Positions 51,451 through 64,000 of a DNA stretch of 64,000 nucleotides are shown in pieces. This stretch comes from Chrysomallon squamiferum. Its lineage: Eukaryota; Animalia; Mollusca. Both the position numbers and the translations under genes were made by a program. The stretch lies in contig CM022668.1 of NCBI GenBank assembly GCA_012295275.1, positions 15,376,001 to 15,440,000 on the forward strand. Reading direction: 5' to 3'. Under the pieces are notes generated by a model. That model worked only from the letters and a program-made list of their open reading frames with translations. It had not been told where the DNA came from and ran no database searches. The stretch's first letter is position 1. The number at the start of each line of letters is the position of its first letter.

Positions 51451-51657
51451 TTTTAGGAGATTCTTAAAAGCGAAATTAAAAGCAGGAAACTTCTTCGTAT
51501 TTTCATTTTCACGGTTGATTTATTTAATTCAGTATCCAATTACAAGTCTTGCCCAAGGCTATGTATTCTACTGACCTATCTCTCTCTCTCTCTCTGAAAT
51601 TCATGATCTTGATTCGATCGAAAAGAGTTAGACTGATAATAAAATAAATCTATGAAA

Positions 51658-51702
<45 letters not shown>

Positions 51703-52228
51703 GAAGAAAGGAAAAAAAAGAGAGGGTATGAAGTATGTAATTAAAATAAAATGTTGGCTGTTGAAAACTGGGAAGGGGATGAACACACATAGATAATAAT
51801 AGAGGGAACTCGAATACAGTATATATATATATACACAAATATAGAAATAGAGAGAACGAGACAGATGGAGTGAAAGTTAAAGAGAAATGTAGGTATAAAT
51901 ATAGAGAGAGGGGGGCATTCATTATAGTATATATCTCACAAATTTTATGAAATATGGACCTTTGTCGAGTTACTAGGATTTGTCCAAGCTATTTATGTGC
52001 AAAAAATGATCTTAGATCATATGATATTTTATTATTATTATTGTTATTATGATTATTATTATTATTATTGTTGTTGTTGTTGTTGTTGTTGTTGTTTTAT
52101 TATTATTACTATCATTATCATCATCATTACTATTTTTATTATTATTATTATTCCTGACCATTTCCTTAACCAAAACACACTTAAAACATTTTTCTTAGCT
52201 TATCGTGTTTTCTTTAATTAACCACCCC

Positions 52229-52297
<69 letters not shown>

Positions 52298-52734
52298 CAA
52301 CATCACTTTCTCTCATTAGGACCCGCCATGTTGGCTAATTTCAAAGTACAATAACTCTGCGCGACTATAAATCACCTTGAAATCAACTTCAAAGGAAAGT
52401 AATAGAAATCCTCTGCAGTCGAAATCGCGTGTGTGCCGTCATTGTTTAAGAAATCAGTGCGCTTTATCCAGCTATGGATTTTGCAGACACGAAGTCTAAA
52501 ATAACTGTAAAATTCGTTCACGCATTAAGCATAATATCTGTTATTAGCACGATTCATTAGGGAAGCCTGTAATAACGTATATACAGATGACGTCACAGAA
52601 GGACTTCGTCATAAAAAAAAAGCAAACAAAAGAGTATGTATATTTTTGGACTAAAACATCCCCGAAGATATTGTAGCTAAAACTTCGAGTAAATATTGTG
52701 TTCAGTAATAGAAAGAAAGAAAAGATATAAAACA

Positions 52735-52765
<31 letters not shown>

Positions 52766-52865
52766 CCGCTGAATGTCGTAATTAAGCCTATCAATAAATA
52801 ATTTTTCGTAATGAAAGAAAATCAGAGTATCGAAATTTATCTTCCATTGTTAATATTTTCTTTTG

Positions 52866-52901
<36 letters not shown>

Positions 52902-53048
52902 CACTTTTAGTTTTTTCTTCTCTTTTTATTTCTCGTTTATTTTATTCTATTATTTTATTCTTTTGTTGTTTTTGTTTCGATTCGATAAATATCATTCAGT
53001 ACAAAATATGTTCCATATTAATATTAATATGGTAATAATAATAAAAAA

Positions 53049-53079
<31 letters not shown>

Positions 53080-54333
53080 AGTTTGAAATTAGAAATGAAT
53101 AAAAATGAAAGAATAATAATAATAACAACAAAAGCAACAGCAACAACAATAACAATAACAATAATAAAAGAATAAGGATAAGATGATGATGATAATGAAT
53201 AAGAAAAAACTACTAGTACTATTGCTGCCACTATTAACATTTAGTACTACAACTACTACTACTACTACTACAGCTACTACTACTACTACTACTACTAAAA
53301 ATCTGCACTTCAAAAATCGTATCACACAATCCTATTGCACAATTTTCCAAGAATTTTCTCAGAAATTTTAAATGTTCTCAGAATTTTCAATCGATGTTCT
53401 CAGAATTTTCCAGGATTATTTTCAAAACCAAATCTGTTATTAAAACTGTTCACTTTGCTAAAACCAAACCAAACTTAAAACTGTTGCAAAATGTTTGCCT
53501 TAAACTGTCTGATATACGGGAAGCCTAGCAAATGGGAGAAAACCAGGATTTCCTCTAAGATTCGCGAGTTCACGTGCGAGTGCGCAGACGCAGTACTGGT
53601 GCGACGCATATCTGAACGTTGCCTCCCATGTTAGTTTACAAAATACAGTTGTTTCTGGCCACTCAAAGCATAAAAAGTTCCGCTCTATGGTTTGGGAAAA
53701 ATTAGAAGGAACAACTGAAGGAAACCGCTATAATCACAATGCTCGAAATAACAAGCGGTTGTCTGCTGGAACGAGGAAGAAACAAAAACTAAAAACTCAT
53801 CTATATTTTCTAGCTAAATAAGCAGATTAACGCGGAACTGGGTTAGACTAATAGGAATATTAATCGGATTTGTATAAATGTCAATATATGTGATTATTAT
53901 TTGATGCGTACTTTTTCCATGCAATGATTTTATTTTCTTGTTATTTAAAAAAAATAAATACATTTGTTGATATTATTTGTTGGGTTTTTTGTATGTGTGT
54001 TTGTTTGTTTAACTGTATGTTTCTTGTTTTGTATTAATTTGTTGGTTGGTTTGTTCTTATTTGTAATATGTGTGTCAGTAGCAATATACTTCGTTAGAGC
54101 AGTGGCAGTAGTAATTGTCGTTGTCATATTAGCAGTAGTGGTAGTAGTCGTAGTAGTAATCGAGTCGTAGTAGTAGTAGTAACAGTAGTAGCTGTATTAG
54201 TCGTACTAGTTGTTGTAATAAAGTTGTTGTAGTAGTAGCAGTTGTTGGTAGACGTAGTAGTAGTAGTAGTAAAACAGCTAGTGGAGATGTTGTTGTTCTT
54301 GGTTGGTGACGTAGCGATAGTAGTAGTAGTAGT

Positions 54334-54366
<33 letters not shown>

Positions 54367-56757
54367 TAGTAGTAGTAGTAGTAGTAGTAGTAGTAACGGC
54401 AGAAGTTATATACTACTTGTGGGTAGCTATTATTTGTTATATATTTTGTTGTTGCTGTTGCTGTTATCGTCGTATTCGTTTTAGCAGGTGTAACCGTAGC
54501 AGCTGCAACTGTATTTATTATCATTGTTGTTTGTTATTTTAGTTGTTGTCGCAGCTTGTCTGATTATCACATCACCAATGTTATCATCATCATTAAAATA
54601 ATTATTATCATCATCAACATCATCACTATCATCATCATTATTATCATCATCAGTAACATCATCAAAATCATCATTAGCATCATCAACATCATTATCATCT
54701 TCATCATCATCACATCATTATTATCACCGTTAACATCATCAACATCACAGTCATCATCATCATTATCACCGTTAACATCATCAACATCACAGTCATCATC
54801 ACCATTATCACCGTCAAGCCGCAGATTATAAGAAGAACGGCTCTCAATATGGCACTCTCTCAGGAGTAGGTGATTTCGTATCGTTAGCCGCAAGATTCCC
54901 TCAAGCCATCAGAAAAATAATGAGAGCACGTGGACACGTTTCCGAGAACAAAAATAAGACAGAAGATTCTCTGCCAAATTCGTCACCTCTTCGATCGATA
55001 ATGGGTAGCCGGTCGTAATCTGGTTTGTACGAAATCCTTCTGTCTTTTTTCTCTTTTTTTCTGTCAGTTTGTGCTGAAGTCTGTTTTCGTAATGGGGTTG
55101 CAATCTGCTAACGAATGGACTTGTCACTGTGTCGCTAAACTCGTTTTTGTCTCAGCTGACAACCATTTTGAGCGTCTCTCAGCTAGAAACGACTTTTCTC
55201 TGTTATTGTTGTTTATATTGCTGATGTCAGTGCTGATGATGGCGAGAAGTGATGATGATGTTGTTGACGATGTACTTAACGATGATGATGATGATGATGA
55301 TGATGATGACTCTAATGATGGAGGTATAATGCTTCCAGTGGGTATATTAAGAAGAACTATGTCTTTCTAACGTGTATCAACCAAATGATTAACAATTTGA
55401 GGAAACGGAAGACGATCCATTAAGGCTGATATTTAAATAAACTAAAATGCTTAATGTTTACAGGATATTGCAGAATATTTCTTTTATAAAACCAAATAAA
55501 AGCCTTTTATTGTATTAAAATATACACCTGACAGCCAGTTCACAAACAGCGGTATTCATAAAAGCAGAAATCACTTTTACCTGTGTTTCAATATCCGACG
55601 GTAACTAAAGACACTTGCAATCATCATCAGCGTAAATTAATTACATCCAGCTCGCTGCAGCCACTGTTGAAACAAAGAGGTGCTCTTCAGTGTCGTGAGG
55701 AAATAACCACGCAGAAAGGAAATTGGTCTCGATAAATCCAGACGCTCGTGCTAGTTAAGATACAGGTTCTGTAAATCGAGACCGACGCGATTAGCGAGCG
55801 ACCTCTGGTAGTCGTTAGACGCGAAGGGTTAAAGGCGACAAATGAGATAATATTTCAATACAAAATTTTAACACGTATTTTGGCATTAAAAGGTTCTTAG
55901 TGTAATGAAAAACTGCTGTGGAGCTATGACTGGAACGGGAAAATAATTTGAATACCAGAACAGGAGAACTGATCTTTAGATTTATCATGCCTACGACTCG
56001 CACCTTACACAAAAATGTAGTTGTTTCTTATCTGTTGTTGTTGTTGCTGTTTGGTTTATTATTAATAGTAGTATTAGTAGTAGAGTTATAGTACAGTAGT
56101 ATTAGTAGAAGTAATAAAAGTTGCATTGTTTGTACCGTGTTAGTAGTAATTAGTGACAGTAGTAGAAGTAGTAGTAATAGTAGTAGTAGTAGTAGTAGTA
56201 GTAGAAATGTACAGAATACAAAATGAAATAAACCAAGTTTTTCTTCTTGCTTGTTTGTTCCCAATCTTAATCTTCCTTTTGCTCTTCTGGCAAATCCCGT
56301 TCCAACCGCGTCAAAAAATGCTGAAGACCCTCTCAGAAAGTCATTGGTGTCAAAGGTCAGTGTGGTAAATTTAACAATAATGACTTATTAGCGACACCTA
56401 ATTTGTTCGAATTCAAGACTGGTAATCTTCTTATTCAATCACTATGGATAACAAATGAGCTGTCTTTTTGTCCTTATTGAATTAGAGGTTTGGGAAATTC
56501 ACTGAAGACGATTTCTGAGAATGTGTAAAATAGATAAAAGAAGAGAAAAGAAAAAGAAGATTAACAGCTTCTGACCCAGATTTTGTTACGTTGGGTGAAA
56601 GAGAAGACATTAATGATTACATTCTTTTTTTTTTTTTTTTTTTATTCTGTGGGAAGCTTTGTAAAGATATTAATGTTAATTAAAAGAAGTAGGAATACAA
56701 TTATTTATGTGCCAGTAAAAAAAAGAAGAATGAAATTATAAAATGCGAGAGACAGAC

Positions 56758-56836
<79 letters not shown>

Positions 56837-58046
56837 AAAGAATAAAAAGTGAAAAGAAACAAAGAAAATGAGTTATGAAAAATAAGAAGAAGAAAAAAAC
56901 AAAACAAAAAAAACAAAACAAAAAAACAACAACCGAGAATAGAAAACAGAAAATGCAAACAACACTTTCAAGTGGATTACTCGAAAATTACGCCAGGTCA
57001 ATTTTATTAGTTTGAGTGCATCATTTTGTTTTTAAAACACTTTCAACCCAGAGTGTGCGCATTAGCCACACTGGGCACGTCTTGCTGTGCAGCTACAGGG
57101 ATATCGATCTACAGTGATCTAATTTTGAAAAAGAAAATTATAGGACTGATCCGCAAAATGAAAAAGAGTCGGTGAAAATTACGCGTGACGTGTCCCAAGG
57201 TGTTTTATATTTCTGAAGTTATCAACGACGTCGTTGCACATAAAGACGTCATGTTTCATTTCAAACTGGAAATGTAAAAATATTTATTTAACGATGATCG
57301 TCACACCAACGCAAAAACTCTGTCAGTCGTGGCGGAAGTGACAGATCTATTTTCGGTTGTCGCTCTCTGTTTTATGTTGTTGTTGTTTTTTTTTAATTTA
57401 TTTTGTATGAAAACTAAATTTTCACTCTCAGTCTTATTTTCTTTGATCCTTTATCACTGAATATGTGAACATAATAGAAATTTATGGGGAATTTTTTTTT
57501 TTTTTTTTGTTCGTTATTGCAGAAACTATTTTCTATACAAATAATGTTGCTTTTTTATTATTATTATTGTCTGCCTGCCATTACGTGACAGCTTGGAAAT
57601 TAAGATTCAATAAAGTCATTTCGTCGTGTTTTACCTTTTAATCTTTCATCTACTGTCATTTATATACGTCAAAATTCGCTTAAAAAAAAAAAAAAAAACT
57701 TCTGCTTTAACGAGCAGAACAAGAAAAGAAATGGTGTTTTGTTTATTGATCTGCATTTCAATTTATTTGATGAATATGCAAATTGTTTTTCTTCATAAAA
57801 GGTTACCTGCGAAGGTAATGGATTAATTTATATTATTTATGGTTGCGAAACATTCAGAACCTGTTTTTCTTTCATTCTGCATCGTGTGAGGTCTTTGATG
57901 AGGAGGTGTTGGTACGTTGATTCTGGTTGTACGTTGGATCAAAAATGAGAATGACATCACGAAATGTGGCTTGAGAGAAAGCAATATTTAACTTTCGTGT
58001 GTGTGTGTGTGTATGTGTATGTGTGTGTTGTATATCTATATACGGT

Positions 58047-58100
<54 letters not shown>

Positions 58101-59059
58101 TATGTATCTGTATAATTATATGTATGTATGGTATATGTATTTGTATGTATGTGTTCATATGTAGATGTGGGGTTTTTTTTGTGTGTGTGTAAATAATTAC
58201 TTATATGTGGTGTATAGGTGTATGTTTATGTATATATGTGTGTGAGTATGTTTGCATGTTTAAGTGACTGTATCTTAAACTGAAATTCAATAAAAAATCA
58301 AAAAAAAAAAAAATCAAATAAGGATCGATGCACAATGCTGATGAAAGAGGGAACACAAGATGGATACCTATGGATGGAAATATCGATATACGGACGGAAG
58401 AACAGTCTAATGGATGGATACACAGACGTAACGCTAAAGAATGATGGATTGTCAGACAGACGGACAATCGCTGCTTAACAGAATGAAAGAAAAAAACAAC
58501 AAACAACACCAAAACATCAACTAACAAAAAAAAAAAAAAAAATCAATAATCTTGGAAACACAAATTAATTATCTGAAAAACATCACAAACCCTCTCCGAC
58601 TTGCGAAATAACGTCCAACATACATTTAACTACCAGCCGTGAATCGATCCAGCTAACTCCAGCATCCCACGCGCTTATCGGCTATAATCATACACCCCAG
58701 GTCCACTCATTTCCAATCATTAACCGAAATATAATAACCGCCGACCCCCCACCCCTCTTTTATCTCTGCACGATCGATCAAATTGTCCTACGATTATTTC
58801 CGAGGCGGGAACATCGACAGTACATCGGCGTCCGCCATGATACTTCCCATAATCCTTGAGAGGTATTATCAGACGATAATGTAGTATTTACGGCCGCAGA
58901 AAATCGCTTTGTTTGGCAAGAGATATATTTTTCTCCGCCTCTGCGCATCAAAACCAAACACTGCGACGCGAAGCACAATGGCGTTATCGACTTTCGTATC
59001 TACCGATGGATTTGTTCTGTTATCAGTGTCGTTTGTTTTTATTGTTTCGTTTTCCCTAC

Positions 59060-59092
<33 letters not shown>

Positions 59093-60234
59093 CGCTCTCT
59101 GAGTGTCTGTTGTGATAAACTGTCTGCGTATCCAGTCTGATGCTCTACAAACGCGGTGGAAAAAAGAAAAAAGAACAAAGCGGAAGAAAAATATAAATCT
59201 TTTCCGGGTTTTAGATGCAGTCTTTTGTGAAGATTGTAACCGGATGTACGTTTTTGTGTGTTGGCGTATTTTTGTGCTTGATGCAGATTTAATGTTCTTA
59301 GAAAAGAAAAGAAGAATTAAACGATACGACAATAATAAAAAAAAAAATAATAATAAAAAATGTATGAAAATAAAATAAAAGAGGATTTAATGAAAAATGG
59401 ATTAAAGAATAGTATGCAATATCTTTTAAACTGATTTTGTTTTTGCTCAGTTGATCGTGTTTGGCATTGTGGTTGATGTTTTTGTTGGTAGTTGTGTTGT
59501 TCTTGTATTATCATTATTATTATTAAATTTACTTCATTCTTTTTTCTTCTTTTATTTATTATTTTTATTTTTATTTTTGTATTTTTATTTTTTTTTTTTT
59601 TTTTTTTGTATTTGCATTTTGTTGACGTAAAAGGAATGTTCCACGAATTTTAATTAAACAAAATAATGGGTTATAGAATTAGGGTCCAGATTTTTTTTTT
59701 TTTATTATTATTTTTTTTTTTTTTATTGTGATTCTCTTCTTTTTTTTCTGGGGATTTTTGTTTCCATATATTCTACGTTTCCTTTCTTTATTTATTTTCG
59801 ATTTTCTTTTTCTTTTTTCATTTTGTCGGATCTTTAAGTGCAAAACAATCAATTAAAAAATTCAACTAAACTTTCAGAGAATATTTGATTTTTTACTTCA
59901 ACGACGACGACAGTTTGATCCTCATGACGATGATGAGAATTATGATAATTAAAAAATAGTGATAATGATGATTACATTAATACAAAAAAATATTTTGACG
60001 ATGGTGATGGTTATGATGATAATAGTAATGAATAGTGTGATACTGATGACAATGATGATGCTGTTGATGATGATGATGATAATAACGATAGCATGATGTC
60101 TATTGTAAGACAAACAAATAAACAAATAAACAAACAAATAAATAAATAAATAAACAAATAAATATATAAATAAATAACAGCTTTAGAGTCAGAACTCGAT
60201 CTGTAAAAGTCCTACAACAGCAAAATTAAAAACT

Positions 60235-60310
60235 CACGAGCTCGTCCTTCAGGGCGAATTGAACCCGGATCTGTCCACGCCTGGGAGCGATCTGTTATAG
60301 ATTTACATCA
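60235..60310 (-). mobile_element. Possible tRNA-derived SINE relic
   Basis: Minus strand ccgGGTTCAATTCgccc is B-box-like; no complete cloverleaf. Confidence 0.3.
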
Positions 60311-60599
60311 TTGTTCTCCACGCCTCGCTAATTCACTGACAATACATCCATTTCAGAAACGTATTTTACAGAGAAACGCATTGGGAGTAATTTGAATCGT
60401 AAAGATAATGAAATTCACAGAAGAACGTTTTTAAAAGCCGTCATGAAAATCTATGAGATAATTTTAAAACTGTAAAAAGATGTTAAGACATTAGATTATT
60501 ATATACGCTGATTAAAGATCCTCTGTGTTTTATCTGTCTGTCTGTCTGTCGTTCTATTATATCTATCTTTCTATCTATCTATCGTTCTATTTAACTTTG

Positions 60600-60676
<77 letters not shown>

Positions 60677-61270
60677 TCAAATAGAATTTTTCGAGAGATT
60701 TGTTTACCTATTTAGTGTAATTTAATTCATTAGCACCTTTTTAATATAATTTTGTCTTAATTTTAAAAATTATAGACTGTTTTTATTACTGCTATTTGTA
60801 TTTTTTTGTTTGTTTGTTTTGTTGTATGTAGTTTTTTTTTTTTTTTTTTTTTTACACTTTTCCGGATAAACTAAAAAGTAGTAATAAACTATAGTAAGAT
60901 ATTCTCTGATAAATAAAACCTCACTTTTAATATAAAGCTGAAATCTGTGTAATTTAACGCGACATATTGATTCGTAAAATTATATTAAATGTTTTTTATT
61001 ATTATTATTGTCAGTTTGTATTACACTGCGTTACGTCTTATTTTATTTCTATTATTACTTTATTTCAAATATTCGCTCGGTCATTCATTTACTTCTGCAT
61101 TCTTTCTTTCACTAAGCCAGACACTGACTTTAGAAAGATTTATGATGATGACGTCACAATGCAATAACGTAGAATTTCTATTTTTATCCAAATCTAATGG
61201 GATGTTTGATATATTAATGCAAATAAATCAGATATTAATCACCTTTGCAACATGTGTGAGTATTCTCGGT

Positions 61271-61302
<32 letters not shown>

Positions 61303-61799
61303 GACATTTATTAAATTTTCTTTTTTGTAACGGATATCAATATTTGCTAGTTTTTTTGTGTTTTTTTTTTATTAAAATTTAAACATTATTCTTTATGGGT
61401 TTTTTTTTTTCTTATTTTGTTACATTTCAAGTATTTAATCCATCATTCTTTCTTTCGTTCATTCATTCACCTTGTTCTCGTCTGTTGACTGGAGTTCAGC
61501 TACTAGGGGAGGGAGTCACGACAAACAAAAATTCTAAATGAAATTTTAAAATTTTACTCAAGACGTTAAATATCCATAACCTGGTTTAAAACACATCTCT
61601 CAGTGTCTTCTAAGATAATGGTTCTCAAATTTTCATTTCTTATGATCAAAACAATTTGAAGGTTGCAGACGTCTGTTGAAATGTTATACTTGTGATGCAT
61701 GCACGGTGAATTATTGTAGTGCATCTATAAGCATTTATACGTTATAAAATTTTGGCTTTTGCTGTTGCCGTCTGTTCGTTTGTACTTCCAGTAGTGAGA

Positions 61800-62121
61800 C
61801 ACTGTACACTTTGAAAATCTTTAGTCAACCTTGGTAACATTTTCTAGACACACTTCAGAACTCGCCGTTTTGTACATTCTAGAACTTGCCTTAGACGCTT
61901 CTCAGAATTTGCTTGTCTAACATCTCGGAATTAGACACATCTTGAAGATCGCCTTAGCTACAGTTCAGAGTTCGCACTGAATACGTCATATGGCTCGCCC
62001 AGCTCATGTTTCAAAACTCGCCTGCGACACGTACCACAGCTCGTAAAGAAGACGTCTAATGTGCAAGAACTCGCCGTGAACACATATGACGACTCGCCTA
62101 AAACACATAAACGACTCGCTT

Positions 62122-62153
<32 letters not shown>

Positions 62154-62340
62154 GCGCTCGCCCAGAACGTATTCTTAGAGATATCTCAGAACTCGCCTTT
62201 GGACACGTAGGGGTCGACTAGAACACACCTCAAGGCTCGCCTGAAAGTTGAGCCCAAGAGAATACGTAACAACGTTCACTGGAACACAAACCAAATACGT
62301 CTAGAAAACGTACGTAAACTTTTCTAGAAAACGTATCGAA
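61800..62340. repeat. Old 23-bp-period minisatellite with a CTCGCC core
   Basis: Core or variants at 61861, 61885, 61908, 61948, 61971, 61994, 62017, 62040, 62070, 62093, 62115, 62157, 62192, 62213 and 62236. Confidence 0.8.
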
Positions 62341-62766
62341 GGAACAGCGTATGACAACCAGCGAATGACGTCATCACTGTCTCGTCTGCATTGTATTTTT
62401 TTATTTTTTTATTTTATTTTGTTTTCCCCTGTGGTCTGCGCTGTCATATCTATTTAAATCATTGTCTGTATTACTATTAGGCTGTTGTCGAACTACTTAA
62501 CAGTAAATAAAGTTCTGTTCTCTGCACTCAAATGTTAAATGTTTGTCTCTGACGTCAGAAACCTTTACGTTGATCATGTGTCATTGTTATTTTTAACGAC
62601 GACAGAAAGAAAAAAAAAAAAAAGTAATAATAATTTTATTAATGAGAAGAAAAGATTTAATACGATGTAATTCGATACAAAAGGTTAAGGAAAATAATTA
62701 ATAACGTTGTGGGCAGCACCCCCGCATACGAAATTAATCAAAATGAATCCAAGAATTAGGGTGAGA

Positions 62767-63065
62767 AGAATTCCTGTGTTACAGATAGCAGTTTGTAGTG
62801 TGTGGAATTTGAATGAAAGAATTTGGAGAAGAAAAGAAATAATTTTGTGAGTGACAGAATATATAAGTTGAAAGAAAAAAAAAAAAGGAATAAAGAAGGA
62901 AGGAAAGAAACTGTAGAATTCCTGTGTTATTGATGACAGTTTGTAGTGTGTAGAATTAGAATGAAAGAATTTGGAGAAGAATGAAAGAAAAGAAAGAATT
63001 TTGTGAGTGACAGAATAAAAAAAAGTTTAAAGAAAATTGGAGAAAAAAGAATGAAGGAAAGAAAC
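62767..63065. repeat. Tandem duplication of a ~150-bp unit
   Basis: agaattcctgtgtta...cagtttgtagtgtgt...gaatgaaagaatttggagaaga...ttttgtgagtgacagaata occurs twice (about 62767 and 62915). Confidence 0.85.
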
Positions 63066-63404
63066 GGTAAGAAATAAAGAAAGAAAAAGAATGAAGAGAA
63101 AGAAAGTAAAAAACAAGCTTAAGGAGACCCCCCCCACAGAATTAATTATGTCATAATGAAGTGTTTATATGTGTGTTTATGTGTGTTTATGTGTGTGTAT
63201 ATGAGTGTTTATGTTTGTGTGTGTTTTATGTGTTTGTGTGTGTGTGTTTCTGTATACTTCAGAGACGAAATCTTGAAATATGACAGTATTAATACAGTTA
63301 ATTCTATTAACATTTTAAATTCATTAAATAGTGCGAGAATATTGCCCCTACATAATAATAATAATAATAATAATAAATTAATTTAAAATACTGTTTTCTA
63401 AAGA

Positions 63405-63630
63405 AATATAACACATACTAATTTCATTAACTTTTTGGGGTTAATTTAATAATTCAAGATAATGTTTCCTCAAAATAACATCATATTCAATCTTATTAAC
63501 GTTTTAAATTAATTAACTAAACGATTTAGATTCTAAAATAACATAACACATATATTTAATTTCATCAACATTTTAAATTAATGAATTAAATCGTTTAGCT
63601 CTTAAAATAACCTAACATATATTTAATTTA
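63405..63630. repeat. Degenerate ~70-bp AT-rich tandem repeat
   Basis: Recurrent aaaataaca..catat..ttttaaattaat..aa..cg.tttag. Confidence 0.6.
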
Positions 63631-64000
63631 ATTCGCTTTTTTTTTTTTTTTTTTTTTTTTTTTCAGTTAATTTAAATAAGTCAGGGATACTGTTTCTTAA
63701 AATAACAAAGAAAGGCAACTGAATAGCCATTCTCCCCTATCAATTTCGCCCGTCCTTACAATTTGTCAAAAGATCTGAAATGTGCAATGCGATTTAAAGG
63801 TGTTAAGCACTTTTTAATACCCTGAGGCGGAGACAAATCTACTTACAGACGCTGGGTTAGAATAATTCTCTTCTGAAATTGTCACCATCATTAATCGTTA
63901 TCTGGGCCCTTGGAGGAATCTGGAGCTTAGTGTTTCAACGAATGTTCCCATCGCTTGCGAATTATATTTATTATTTACTCGTTGTTTAGGCCTTTATAAC

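Noticed and set aside
54821-55018. Open plus-strand frame of about 65 codons (ADYKKNGSQYGTLSGVGDF...)
   Set aside because: No good acceptor or start context and no recognisable homology; it follows a (CAT)n tract.
60235-60310. tRNA gene suggested by a B-box
   Set aside because: No cloverleaf, acceptor stem or clear A-box; at most a SINE relic. The same applies to the B-box-like sequence at about 44050-44070.

Overview
AT-rich, microsatellite-dense animal (eukaryotic) genomic DNA. It is probably a mollusc, possibly a gastropod, judged from MetaSINE-like relics, intron style and composition. Nearly all supplied ORFs are simple-repeat or antisense artefacts. Three spliced genes were rebuilt by hand with consistent GT-AG phases: (1) the 3' part of TAF5 (+, 11 exons or part-exons, 1-6175); (2) a complete TPGS1 (+, 9 coding exons, 7989-15707, 257 aa); (3) an ANKRD33B/ANKRD33-like ankyrin gene (-, 4 coding exons, 38733-21790, 322 aa) whose non-coding first exon(s) lie further right. 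Also present are a TA-flanked MITE, SINE relics and many locally born minisatellites. The most notable observations are degenerate copies of true splice-acceptor/exon junctions upstream in the same intron, a sharp CpG-poor to CpG-rich switch near 19 kb, candidate calcineurin and 14-3-3 motifs in the ankyrin protein tail with CRE sites in its upstream region, and conserved-core/variable-spacer minisatellites. I found no convincing novel multi-gene system and no CRISPR.
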